The position numbers were made by a program, and so were the translations under genes. Under the pieces are notes generated by a model, which saw nothing but the letters and a program-made list of their open reading frames with translations, ran no database searches and had not been told where the DNA came from. From the IMG/VR virus record IMGVR_UViG_3300021591_000002, positions 1-53,219 of that record: a stretch of DNA of 53,219 nt; one strand, 5' to 3'. Shown piece after piece: positions 1 to 9,177 of the stretch. Origin of the DNA: a virus (taxonomy: Duplodnaviria > Caudoviricetes). How positions within the stretch are numbered: position 1 is the first letter of the stretch; each line of letters begins with the position of its first letter.

Positions 1-67
1 GTCTCGTTACCGTTTTTGTGCGATTCCTGATCGCCTCGCGTGTCCATGAGAACGAGATGATCTTCAT
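1..67 (-). CDS. ASCH/PUA-like domain protein, 5' part only (runs off the window)
   Basis: Hand translation from ATG at 67: MKIISFSWTREAIRNRTKTVTR, matching the ASCH N-terminal hxF...I..G.KT.TRR pattern. ATGA overlap with the stop of the upstream gene. Confidence 0.6.
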   Translation of the reverse strand, partial: MKIISFSWTREAIRNRTKTVTR

Positions 68-1194
68 TTTGTATCTCCGTCCAGGAACTTGGACACCGCG
101 TCCTTGATAGCGGCGGGCACGTAGTTAACGCAGTCGGTTGTGCGCTTACCGTTCGCCAGCGCCACCCTGCACGTCATGCCCCAGTGGTCAGGGGGCAAAC
201 CATACGCCCATGACCAGAAGCACGTGCCTATGGGGCAAGGAAGACGCCCGCCGGGGGTTGCTATGGAGTGCACGTTGCCCTCTATGGCGAAGAACGGGTA
301 CGGCGTCGGCCCCATTAGGGTGAGGCAGCGGCATGATGCAGAACGCGCTACATATGATGCAAATCCCTCAACGGACACCACACCAAGCGCGCCCCTCATC
401 AGCTTAACTACTGCGTCCATGCGAAGCCCGCGTGCGTCAATCGTTCCATCAAGTTTCGGTACATCGCGCGCACCTATGTGCACAACCTCGACGCCGCGCT
501 CCTTAGCGCAATCCAGCACGACCTTAATGCAATTCTGCGGAAGGCTCTTGACGGCGGATAGCATGCCACTGGCGAACGACACCACTATGTATTTCTTGCC
601 CTTGGGTATTTTGGGAGGTGTGGCCTTACCCCAGTTTTCGGGGCGTATGCTGGTTAGCGGCGGCGGGAGATTGTCCTTGCGCGGTCGCACAGGGGGCTTA
701 TCGAGTACGGGCATTAAGTCTGGCGTTACCGGCACACCCAAGGACGCAGATGCCGCCTCGAACTGCGTTTCCCCAAGCGCGCGGAGCATGTAGCGAGAAT
801 ACGGGTCTCCAAGCGAAAGCCCAAGATATGGCATCGAGGATGCCACCGGTCGCCCGCGCCTATCCCAGAGTATCGGCACCATTGATGTGGCGTCAAGCAC
901 GTAGCCCCATTGCTTAAGTAACCTGGCAAGCATACCGCGCGTCGGCATGGGTTGGTGGGCGACGAAGCCCGCAAGCCAAGGGCACGCGGCGGCTATGGAC
1001 CATTCTATTGATGTGCCAGTCACCGTGGTGGTGAATATTACCTTACCGTAGCCCGCCAAGTGAAGCGCCCTGGCGCAGGCGGCAGCCCGCATCTTATCTC
1101 CGTAGCCCACGCCGGATAACACAAGCACGTAGTCATGGGGGTGGGTCTTGACGAGGCTGTGTAGTTTCGCCACGAGCCACTCAAAGCGTGTCAT
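64..1194 (-). CDS. GT9 (heptosyltransferase-like) GT-B glycosyltransferase
   Basis: N-terminal GVGYGD; C-terminal VVHIG...IDARG...GVVSVEGFASYVA...TLMGPT, the typical GT9 pattern. Confidence 0.75.
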   Translation of the reverse strand: MTRFEWLVAKLHSLVKTHPHDYVLVLSGVGYGDKMRAAACARALHLAGYGKVIFTTTVTGTSIEWSIAAACPWLAGFVAHQPMPTRGMLARLLKQWGYVLDATSMVPILWDRRGRPVASSMPYLGLSLGDPYSRYMLRALGETQFEAASASLGVPVTPDLMPVLDKPPVRPRKDNLPPPLTSIRPENWGKATPPKIPKGKKYIVVSFASGMLSAVKSLPQNCIKVVLDCAKERGVEVVHIGARDVPKLDGTIDARGLRMDAVVKLMRGALGVVSVEGFASYVARSASCRCLTLMGPTPYPFFAIEGNVHSIATPGGRLPCPIGTCFWSWAYGLPPDHWGMTCRVALANGKRTTDCVNYVPAAIKDAVSKFLDGDTK

Positions 1195-1595
1195 CAGAAT
1201 GGCACCTCCGATGCATCGTCAACGAACGCTTCGGGCTTGGCATCCTCGGCTTGCTGCTGGTCGCGGAGCGCCGCCCCGGTTATGACCTCTCGCGCTATAA
1301 TTTCGTATTTCCACCCTGTCTTTCCGCGGTAGGCATCGAGCTTGCCTATTATGCCGATGCGTTCGCCCCGCTTGACGTTAGCCAGGATACGCGCGGCTGA
1401 ACCCCAGGCGCTGATCGGGAAGAACCGATTGCTCCACTTCTCCACGCCATTCTCGAGGCGCGTTGATGCCGATACGCGAAGCAATAGCTTGACACGCGGC
1501 ACGCCGTTGTATTCGGTAATCTCGGGCTGCTCGGCCTGCTGGTAGGGAACGGCGCGCCCCGACAACACAACGAAGTTGGTGTCTGCCCAAGGCAT
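1194..1595 (-). CDS. ssb: single-stranded DNA-binding protein
   Basis: NFVVLSGR...FFPISAWG..A..LANVKRGERIGIIGKL OB-fold pattern; acidic tail ending EVPF. Confidence 0.9.
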   Translation of the reverse strand: MPWADTNFVVLSGRAVPYQQAEQPEITEYNGVPRVKLLLRVSASTRLENGVEKWSNRFFPISAWGSAARILANVKRGERIGIIGKLDAYRGKTGWKYEIIAREVITGAALRDQQQAEDAKPEAFVDDASEVPF

Positions 1596-2572
1596 TAGAA
1601 TGGCTCCTCCTTAACAGGGCGGACCTCGCGGATTTCACGCCACGTCTGGAAGCCGCCGCTCGGCACGCGTATCTGGCGCTCCCCAACGTCGCGGAACGCG
1701 ACCACATCACCCACGCCCCACGGATGGGACTTGTCTTTCGGATTACTCCTTGTAACGAGTTGTTCGTCTATTCCTTCGATTTCTACGAGCTTGAACCACG
1801 TGGCCCCCTTCAGCGCGGCCCGCAACCTTTCCTGCTCTTCGGGTGGGGCATTGCGGCAGGAGCCGAGCGTGTAGGGCTTCCCGTTGTGCCATGTCCACCA
1901 TTCGGTCTCGTCTTGTATCTTGAGGACCTTGCCCCGGCGTTGCTCTCCAAGTTCCTCTTTCCACGGTGCCTTCGCTTGCGGCGGGGGCGGTTCCGGCGTG
2001 CCGCCAAGGTCCTTGACGATTCGAACCCCGTCCATGTCGTCATCCGTTGTGCAAAGGCCCAGGGCGGCAACGAGGGCGTAGCGCTGGAGATACTTTAGCG
2101 TGGAGCCCACGGCCTGGATGTCATTCTTGGCCCCGCTGGTGTCGGCTGGCGCCCACACGGTCGCCTGCGTGCGGTGCCCGGCCTCGTGGGCGACGACGCA
2201 CGTCATACCAATCCGCCTATGCTGTGGGTCCTCTTGCGGCTCAAAGCGAACCGAGAAGCCGTATTCGGAAAGCTTGTCCTTGATTGTGCGCCAGATGTTG
2301 CCCAGGCTGGCGTAGCAATACTCCACCTTGCCGCGTCCGGTAGAATACTTGACCTTCACGTCCTTGGTGATTTCCGGCAGCTCGCTTTGCAGCCGAGTGA
2401 AGGCGGTGGCGTACGCGGCCTCCGCCTCGATGCGCTTCATGCGCTCCCAAAGCGTCATAAGTTGCGAAAGCGCCTCGGGAGAAGCGCCCTTTTCGATTGC
2501 CATGCAGATCATGTTTTCCGGTCGCACGAGTGCGCCGGTCTGCTCTGCTGGCTTTGCGACTTCGTTGGCCAT
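1595..2572 (-). CDS. erf: ERF-family ssDNA annealing protein
   Basis: YASL..I, Q..GS...Y.QRYAL.AALG...DDDMDG signature. Confidence 0.9.
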   Translation of the reverse strand: MANEVAKPAEQTGALVRPENMICMAIEKGASPEALSQLMTLWERMKRIEAEAAYATAFTRLQSELPEITKDVKVKYSTGRGKVEYCYASLGNIWRTIKDKLSEYGFSVRFEPQEDPQHRRIGMTCVVAHEAGHRTQATVWAPADTSGAKNDIQAVGSTLKYLQRYALVAALGLCTTDDDMDGVRIVKDLGGTPEPPPPQAKAPWKEELGEQRRGKVLKIQDETEWWTWHNGKPYTLGSCRNAPPEEQERLRAALKGATWFKLVEIEGIDEQLVTRSNPKDKSHPWGVGDVVAFRDVGERQIRVPSGGFQTWREIREVRPVKEEPF

Positions 2573-2573
2573 G

Positions 2574-3101
2574 TCACACCTCCTGTTCCATTTGCTGGCG
2601 TGCGTACAGCGCCAGCAGTACCGCGTCCGCTGTTTGCGTTGTCAAGTTTTTGACCTCGCCGGGGATGAGGGATTGGACAATGGACAGCGCGCGCTGCTTC
2701 CGCGCCGACCGGCTAAGCCCGCGGCCGTATATGCCAAAGTGCTTTTGCCACTTTTGGGGGCGCGCAAGTATGTGGGGAATGCACGCGCAGGTGAGCGCAG
2801 CAACCACAACGCCGCGTGTATAGCCGAGCGTGAAGCAGGCAGATGCGCCCCAGCCCGCGCTGCCGGTGGTGTGTTCGACACACGCACACACAACCGATCC
2901 ACCGTATTGATAATGTATGTTCTCGATGGTCCAACATATGTCGCGCACGTTTATTTCACGCCGGCCTTTTGGGCCGCTTCGGAGCGTTGGCATGGGGTGT
3001 ATCTTGCATTCCTCCACGCGCCCACCTTCGTTAATAGCGACGATGGCGATGGCGCCATTAAGGTCGGGGTCAATCCCAACGTAATGCCTCAGGCCAGTCA
3101 T
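2574..3101 (-). CDS. RuvC-like Holliday junction resolvase
   Basis: YVGIDPDLNGAIA, CVEH, P.KWQK and ADAVLLA motifs. Confidence 0.85.
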   Translation of the reverse strand: MTGLRHYVGIDPDLNGAIAIVAINEGGRVEECKIHPMPTLRSGPKGRREINVRDICWTIENIHYQYGGSVVCACVEHTTGSAGWGASACFTLGYTRGVVVAALTCACIPHILARPQKWQKHFGIYGRGLSRSARKQRALSIVQSLIPGEVKNLTTQTADAVLLALYARQQMEQEV

Positions 3102-4101
3102 CTTCGTCTTCTCCTTGCGGAAGCTCCATTAGCCAGTACGGCTGGTAGCCCGACACCCTGTGTTCCGCCGCAAAATCACAGAACGGGGCCACGTCGCACC
3201 AGTCCCTGCATCGTACCAAGGAGTCCCCCGGTACCGCTTTTACCCTCAGGTCCTCCCTTCTGCTAGCGTGTACCTTGGCCTCCTCTGGGTCCTTGTACAC
3301 CTTAGTGGCTCTACGCGCTCCCTTTTTCATAACCTTATATTCATCAGCCTTACTCCACCTCTCCTCCGGAGTACATACCCTTGGTACTTGGCCAGTACGT
3401 ACTGAGTCCCTAAAGGTACGTACTTTGTCTTCTATAAGAGAGTACACCTCCTCCTCGTCTAATGGAGAGTACTTAAATACCTCGGCAGGAGAAAGCTGGT
3501 ACCTTCTCTCTCTCATAGCTCTAGAGAGTACATGGTCTTTATAGAAGTACCACAGCTCGCACCTCTCTATCTGTACACCATAGGTCTCTTTAATGAGCCA
3601 TGAGTATATGTACGTTTGTAGCTTATGAGTAGGGTCCCCCTTACTATAGCCCTTGGCTAGATTAGTAAGCTTAACGTCGATCACCCTCTTGCCATCAAGG
3701 TCAACGATATCGGGTGTGCCGACAACGGCAGCGTCGCCGACCCTAGCGGATAGGTCGGGCTCTATTAGCCAGTCGGGGTGGAGTCTGCCGACCTGCGGCA
3801 GGAAGAACTTGTGCCACGCTGTCCCCAGCAGCATCGCCCACGCACGTATGGGGCAAGCGACCAACTCGTCCCAATGCTTCCAACGCAGGTAGAGGATTCG
3901 CGGCGGCTCGCAAAGTTCGGTGACGTGTATCCTGTCAGGGTCCGGCCGCCTTATTCCCAAGGCGACGATTTCGTACCACTCTTTCAGCGGTATTGCGTCA
4001 AGTTCTACGATCTTCACGGGGCTAGTCTCCCTAATTTGCCACAGAATCGCCGAGGATTGCGTGTACGGCGTTTCGCGGGCTTGAATGGCTTCTGATACCA
4101 T
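3070..4101 (-). CDS. PD-(D/E)XK Cas4-like exonuclease (start may be GTG 4017)
   Basis: HVTELC..PR, GTAWH, GTPD...IDVK, Q..IY; C-terminal C...RC.DWC.V..FC Fe-S-type cysteines. Confidence 0.85.
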   Translation of the reverse strand: MVSEAIQARETPYTQSSAILWQIRETSPVKIVELDAIPLKEWYEIVALGIRRPDPDRIHVTELCEPPRILYLRWKHWDELVACPIRAWAMLLGTAWHKFFLPQVGRLHPDWLIEPDLSARVGDAAVVGTPDIVDLDGKRVIDVKLTNLAKGYSKGDPTHKLQTYIYSWLIKETYGVQIERCELWYFYKDHVLSRAMRERRYQLSPAEVFKYSPLDEEEVYSLIEDKVRTFRDSVRTGQVPRVCTPEERWSKADEYKVMKKGARRATKVYKDPEEAKVHASRREDLRVKAVPGDSLVRCRDWCDVAPFCDFAAEHRVSGYQPYWLMELPQGEDEDDWPEALRWD

Positions 4102-4151
4102 CCCGCCCCCTCGTTCGCCCCACAGGCGATCCTCGTGGCTTCTGTGGCTTG

Positions 4152-5090
4152 TTATGCATTCTCGCCCTCGGGCAGGCAATGCGGCGAAAACCATATCCGC
4201 TCCTGGCGGCGGCGAGACGTCGGGGCCTGCTTCCGATTTTGCAAGCCCGAAGACGTCCACGCATAGGTGGTCCAGCCGAGGTCCTCAAGGGCGTTGTGTT
4301 CGCCTTCGAGGCCGCAGAGGGCTATCCGAAGCCTTGGGTCATTGCCGTGGTCAATGCACCAGTCTCGCACGGCATCGGCAATGTCGGGCTCGTCGGTATC
4401 GTAGATATTCCGTTTCCGCCCCGTGCTATGCGAGTACGGAGGGTCCAGGAATATGCCGACGTGCTTACCACGCATCAGGCATGCATGCCGCAGCGCCACG
4501 GTCCAGTCGGAACACAGAATCCACGTGTCCGCCAGGCGGCACGCAAGGCACGCGAGGTATTCTCGCAACGTCTTGCTACACGGAAAGATGCAGCCCGGCA
4601 CACGGCACGCGTCCTTGTTGATGCTGTTCAGGCTTTGGTGGTTCGACACATTAGCAAGTCCCTTGCGCCTGCTTCCGCGTTGCGCGAAGCCTTCACCAAC
4701 CCACAGGCTTTGCCCCCACGCCCACAGGCCGGCCACCTTGGCGTCATAGAAGTCCATATTCGAGCACACCTTGTTTCGGAAGTCCTCGAAGTCGAACACC
4801 TCCGCGAACCACCTATGCACGGCGCGCAGGTCTGCCTCGACCTTCGGCCTATCTGCGTGCTCGGCAACTTCATCCGGTGCCGCCTTCACGGCGCGGAAGA
4901 AATTGGCTATGTAGCAGTTCAGGTCATTGATGATCTCCTTTCGCCTTGGCCCATAGGGGCAGCCCAGTAATACGGCAGCGGTACCGCAGAACGGCTCCAC
5001 GTACGTGTGGACTTCGCCAAAGCGCTCCCACACGACACGCGCTACCCTGCGCTTGCCGCCGAAGTACGTGAATGGCGGAATGAGTTTCAC
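4152..5090 (-). CDS. DNA adenine methyltransferase, D12 class (copy 2)
   Basis: PFTYFGGK, YVEPFCG, IND, FLDPPY motifs in alpha-class order. Confidence 0.92.
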   Translation of the reverse strand: MKLIPPFTYFGGKRRVARVVWERFGEVHTYVEPFCGTAAVLLGCPYGPRRKEIINDLNCYIANFFRAVKAAPDEVAEHADRPKVEADLRAVHRWFAEVFDFEDFRNKVCSNMDFYDAKVAGLWAWGQSLWVGEGFAQRGSRRKGLANVSNHQSLNSINKDACRVPGCIFPCSKTLREYLACLACRLADTWILCSDWTVALRHACLMRGKHVGIFLDPPYSHSTGRKRNIYDTDEPDIADAVRDWCIDHGNDPRLRIALCGLEGEHNALEDLGWTTYAWTSSGLQNRKQAPTSRRRQERIWFSPHCLPEGENA

Positions 5091-6022
5091 CAGAGGCTCT
5101 CCTCCTTCAAGCAGGCGGGTGAGAACCAGATGCGCTCGGCGTGCCTGCGTTGCGTTGCGCCAGTTTCGCCTTGCCCGTGGAACCCGCCGCTATTTGACCA
5201 AGTGTACACTTCCCAGCCGCGCTTCTCCAGCTCGTTGTGCTCCCCCTCGAGCCCGCAAAGGGCGACGCGCAACGTTTCGTTTTTCTTACACCATTCTCGC
5301 ACGGCGTGGGATACACTATCGTCCAACTTATCCACCGCGTAGCACCCCTTATCGCGCCCCGTGCTGACCGCGTACGGGGGATCGAGAAATACGCCAACAA
5401 CGTGCTGCTTGCTGAGGCGTGATGGGGAAAGCCCAAGGCGAATCGTGCGCTCCCAGTCTGCGCAAAGGATAAAGACGTTGCTGAGCCGCCGCGCAAGACG
5501 GCGCAAATATTCCACCACACGTTCTCTGCCGTCTTCCCTTAGCCGAAGCAGTCCTTGTTTCTCATCTTTCAGCGTCCCGCCAGCTGGGCAGGCGGTCGCC
5601 TCACTGCCATACCAGGCGCACAATACAAATGCCCACCAGCCCGCAAGCTGCGCGTCATAGTACATCGGGTCCGCTTCCAACGACTGCACCAACTGCCCGC
5701 TCTGGCGGATTTTCCAAAGATACGCATTCCTTGCGCGAAGGTCCGCCTCGATGCTCGGCCAATCAACGTGTTCTGCCACCTCTTCCGGCGCATACTTTAC
5801 GGCGCGCCAGAAGTTCGCCACCAAGCCATCCTTATCGCCAATCACTTCGCGCCTGCGAGGTCCGTACGGACAACCAAACAGCATGGACGCCGAACCGGCA
5901 AAGGGCTCGATGTAGCAGTCCACCTCACCGAGCCTGCTCCACACCACGGAGCACACGCGCCTCTTGTTCCCGAAATACGGGAACGGCGTCTTAATCTTCG
6001 CTTTCGGCTTCGCCCGGCTCAT
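5087..6022 (-). CDS. DNA adenine methyltransferase, D12 class (copy 1)
   Basis: PFPYFGNK, YIEPFAGS, FLDPPY; clear paralog of the adjacent gene. Confidence 0.92.
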   Translation of the reverse strand: MSRAKPKAKIKTPFPYFGNKRRVCSVVWSRLGEVDCYIEPFAGSASMLFGCPYGPRRREVIGDKDGLVANFWRAVKYAPEEVAEHVDWPSIEADLRARNAYLWKIRQSGQLVQSLEADPMYYDAQLAGWWAFVLCAWYGSEATACPAGGTLKDEKQGLLRLREDGRERVVEYLRRLARRLSNVFILCADWERTIRLGLSPSRLSKQHVVGVFLDPPYAVSTGRDKGCYAVDKLDDSVSHAVREWCKKNETLRVALCGLEGEHNELEKRGWEVYTWSNSGGFHGQGETGATQRRHAERIWFSPACLKEESLW

Positions 6023-6269
6023 TTAGTACTCCTACCTTAATGTTCGGTGGCATGATTGGGCGCAACGCAAGCTCGAACCACTTGCATCGCTGCTTCTGCA
6101 TGACGAGGCACTTGCCGTAGAAGATGCAGCCGCCGCGCCGCCAGCAGGAGCACTCGCCCTTGATAAACGCCTTGAGCGTCCTGTATCGCCGTAAACGGAC
6201 TGACGCGGAGGGCGCACCTTGCGGGTGTCCTGCCCTTCGTAGCTTCCGCCTCCTTTTCCCCATTGCCAT
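5991..6269 (-). CDS. cysteine-rich VLP-like small protein
   Basis: EC.C...GGC.....C......CKWFE.AL.P pattern. Confidence 0.55.
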   Translation of the reverse strand: MAMGKRRRKLRRAGHPQGAPSASVRLRRYRTLKAFIKGECSCWRRGGCIFYGKCLVMQKQRCKWFELALRPIMPPNIKVGVLNEPGEAESED

Positions 6270-6286
6270 GTTGTATGCCCTCCGCG

Positions 6287-7588
6287 TCAGCCTCTACGAT
6301 ATCCTCTCGAAACAGGCCCGATGTGGTGCGTCGCAGGGTCGAGGTCAACGATCACCGTTCCCGTTGCCCCAGTCCTACGCTTCACGCACCCTATATGCAA
6401 TTCGCGCCCGAAGCCGTCGGGGTCAACTTCGGCGCGCCTAGGGTCCTCCACGCGAGGCCAGTAAACCGTCAGCGCCGTGTCGCTCTGCTCTATGATTTCG
6501 CGCGTTTCGCGGAAGTCCGCCGCGGTGGGTGGCTTCGGCCTGCCCTCTGCGTACTTCACCTGCGATAGCACTATCACCGCGCAATCACAATCAACTGCAA
6601 TCCGGCGCAATTGCACCATTATATCACCAAATGCCAAGTCGCTACGGCCGGCAATCCCAGCACCTGCCGCGTGCCCGACGCGCTGTATTGTGTCAACGAC
6701 AAGCAGCCACGGCCTGTGGCGCAACACGGCCAGCTCGATTACCGCGGGATCGGGGCTTGTGATGATATGTAGCCGGTTCCCCCAGGCAGCCGCAAGGCGC
6801 TCGGCGTACGCGTGGAAGCGCTCTTCGAGCTCTTGCGCTATCATCTGCCCCTCTAGCAACGGGCCATACGGCACGTTGCACTCCTGAGACACAAGGCGGG
6901 CGAAGATGACAGAATCCTGTTCTTCGGCGGCATATACCACAGCCCCACCCTTATTAAGCGTGGCACGCACAATCGCCAAAGCCAGCGCTGTCTTGCAATG
7001 ACGGCTGCGACCGCCAATCGTCAAGATTGTGCCGCGCATGAGCCTTGGCACAAAGTTGGACACGCCGGGCACCGCGTGCGCCCAGCCACGGCCGTTGCGG
7101 CTATCGGCGATAATGGCCATGAGTCGTTGCCGGCTTGTCTCTGCGTCGGCGGTGTGTGCCGTATCGGCGGCGCTCGAAAGTGCTTGCTGCATCCTTTCAA
7201 GCCCGGCGGCGCATGACGATATTGGGATGGTAGGGTCTATGGAATCACGAGCCAGCGCCCTCGCCAGCTTGTTTACCCGTCGCCTGGCTGCCCATTCCAC
7301 GACAACCGATGCGTAGTATTCTGCGTGGGCGGCGGAGGGCGTGCGCTCCAGGCAGTCGCAGACAACATCGCCGACGTTCTTGCTGTCGCACCTCTCCAGC
7401 ACGATAACGGGGTCCGGCGGCCGGCCCTCCTTGTGCACGTCGAGGCAAACACGGTAGATTTCCCGCAGCGTGGCGTCTGAGAAATGCTCTGGCGCTAACG
7501 CCGCCCGCACTTGGGCTATTTTGGACGGGTCCAGCAATATGGACCCTATAACAGCGCGCTCTGCTTCTTCTGGCGTGAACTTAATCAT
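6287..7588 (-). CDS. dnaB: DnaB-like replicative helicase
   Basis: N-domain EAERAVIGSILLDP; Walker A-like GGRSRHCKT; Walker B LLVVDTIQ; VLSQ, IEQ.D and K.R.G.TG motifs. Confidence 0.9.
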   Translation of the reverse strand: MIKFTPEEAERAVIGSILLDPSKIAQVRAALAPEHFSDATLREIYRVCLDVHKEGRPPDPVIVLERCDSKNVGDVVCDCLERTPSAAHAEYYASVVVEWAARRRVNKLARALARDSIDPTIPISSCAAGLERMQQALSSAADTAHTADAETSRQRLMAIIADSRNGRGWAHAVPGVSNFVPRLMRGTILTIGGRSRHCKTALALAIVRATLNKGGAVVYAAEEQDSVIFARLVSQECNVPYGPLLEGQMIAQELEERFHAYAERLAAAWGNRLHIITSPDPAVIELAVLRHRPWLLVVDTIQRVGHAAGAGIAGRSDLAFGDIMVQLRRIAVDCDCAVIVLSQVKYAEGRPKPPTAADFRETREIIEQSDTALTVYWPRVEDPRRAEVDPDGFGRELHIGCVKRRTGATGTVIVDLDPATHHIGPVSRGYRRG

Positions 7589-8006
7589 CGCTATCCTTTA
7601 GCGAGGCCGAGCGCCCGGCGTTACGAGGGGGTGCGAGTGTCGCCTTGACAGGAGGTGCAAGAGGTGGGACCGGGCGCTCGACCAGCCAGTATTTATAGTA
7701 TTCACCATCGTGGTTGCGGCAATAGTTCTCTGCGAGAAACACGAGCGTTGCCCAGGCGGCCTGCTCGATACGGTGCAGCGTCACGGTCCAGTGACGTGGC
7801 AGCACGGGATCAAGCAACCGTAGGCGCTCGCGACCGGGAAACAACAGCTCCGGGCACTGCTCCCAGTGCGCGTGTATCTGGTGCGCGAAGCGGAACCACG
7901 CCCAGTCAGGCATGCGCCACCCGCGCTTGTAGAGCAGCTGGGCGCCCGCCAACTGCAACGCCCGCATTGCTCGCTTCAGATCGTCTTGGGTCGGGGCTTC
8001 AATCAT
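7581..8006 (-). CDS. hypothetical protein
   Basis: 141-aa ORF overlapping the dnaB start, in the operon orientation. Confidence 0.6.
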   Translation of the reverse strand: MIEAPTQDDLKRAMRALQLAGAQLLYKRGWRMPDWAWFRFAHQIHAHWEQCPELLFPGRERLRLLDPVLPRHWTVTLHRIEQAAWATLVFLAENYCRNHDGEYYKYWLVERPVPPLAPPVKATLAPPRNAGRSASLKDSDD

Positions 8007-8057
8007 TCTCGCACCCCCGGTTTCCCAAGTAAAGAATACCCCAAGATGCCCCGCTTG

Positions 8058-8264
8058 TCAAGTCTCGCCGTCCCCCTTGCGTCTGGCACCCTCAAGCCAA
8101 AGGCGATTAGGGGCGCCCGGATTCCTGGCGTCCGGGAAGGCTTGCCATTGCCGCTTGCATTCGGGGCAACGGCGATTCCACGGCCCTTCGGACCAGAATA
8201 CCTTTCCGCATGTTAGGCACGTTCGCTGCTTGTAAGCATCGCCGCGAAAAGGGCTTCGACGCAT
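8058..8264 (-). CDS. small zinc-finger protein
   Basis: RTCLTCGKVFWSEGPWNRRCPEC (two CxxC); start uncertain. Confidence 0.6.
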   Translation of the reverse strand: MRRSPFRGDAYKQRTCLTCGKVFWSEGPWNRRCPECKRQWQAFPDARNPGAPNRLWLEGARRKGDGET

Positions 8265-8602
8265 TTCCTCGGGTCTCCTTTCATGATCCCACCGGAGGCA
8301 AAGGGCTCGCATTCAGGGATATTCTCAATCGAGAAATCGCCTTCGACGTCCACCGTGATGCATATATCGCCGTGCCACGCACGCCATTCATACGGCACGA
8401 ATTTGGCGTCGGGTATCGTCGCCCTGGCGTGGTAAAGCGCTTCTTCCGCTGTGTCGGACACGCCGTTCATGAACGGCTTATCTTCCCCTTGCGGATAGAA
8501 TGTCCACAACCAGCGGCGGTCATCCGATTCCCATATGTTACCACGGTTCTTGCCTTCGCTATTGGTTATCTCATACTCGCTCACGTACCACTCAAGCCTC
8601 AT
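8213..8602 (-). CDS. hypothetical early protein (WxW module family)
   Basis: RRWLW and PYEWRAWHGDIC shared with 10266..10652. Confidence 0.7.
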   Translation of the reverse strand: MRLEWYVSEYEITNSEGKNRGNIWESDDRRWLWTFYPQGEDKPFMNGVSDTAEEALYHARATIPDAKFVPYEWRAWHGDICITVDVEGDFSIENIPECEPFASGGIMKGDPRKCVEALFAAMLTSSERA

Positions 8603-8819
8603 CGTGGTTTCCCCCTAGTGGCGTAACAGACATCGCGGAATCATCCGGCTGGCGCGCCCCTCCCGGCGGCCAGCCCAAATCGGTTCGCCGCGCTAGCGCG
8701 TATGGGTCCATCACTTCCTCAACAGGCACGCCCATCGCTAGCAGCCGGCGGGCTCGGTATGTCAGCACAGGGTCTGGCTCATCGCGGCCCGGCCACCCGA
8801 TCCAGATTTCCTCGTTCAT
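8592..8819 (-). CDS. hypothetical protein
   Basis: AAGGAG RBS; tight packing with neighbours. Confidence 0.55.
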   Translation of the reverse strand: MNEEIWIGWPGRDEPDPVLTYRARRLLAMGVPVEEVMDPYALARRTDLGWPPGGARQPDDSAMSVTPLGGNHDEA

Positions 8820-9177
8820 CGCATCGCTCCTTAAATGATAAGGTGTAGCCGTCGCGCTCCAAGCGCGATGCGAGCTGCTCTATGCCGCAGTCCGCGTGCA
8901 CACGAAACGCAACGACGGGGGCATTACCGAACGCCACCCTCACCATGTCGGCCAAGTTGCTAACGGGCGCCGCGAACACCCATCCCCAGTGCCACACGCA
9001 CAGATCGCGCTTCTGAAACCGCGCGCGCACATCGCCATACCGCGCCAGCATGCCCTCTATAGCAGAGTAGAGGCATTCTGCCGCACCCGGCACGGCGCGC
9101 ATTGACTCACCCAACGCACGGCAAAGCGTGTGCGTGTCAAGAATCACCTCTACGAGCACGCAATCATTAGTAGGCAA
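8779..9177 (-). CDS. hypothetical protein
   Basis: 132-aa ORF filling the operon. Confidence 0.55.
   Translation of the reverse strand: MPTNDCVLVEVILDTHTLCRALGESMRAVPGAAECLYSAIEGMLARYGDVRARFQKRDLCVWHWGWVFAAPVSNLADMVRVAFGNAPVVAFRVHADCGIEQLASRLERDGYTLSFKERCDERGNLDRVAGPR

Noticed and set aside
3070-4101. Cas4-like nuclease as evidence of a CRISPR system
   Set aside because: No cas1/cas2 and no repeat-spacer array; it sits with ERF, SSB and RuvC as a normal phage recombination nuclease.
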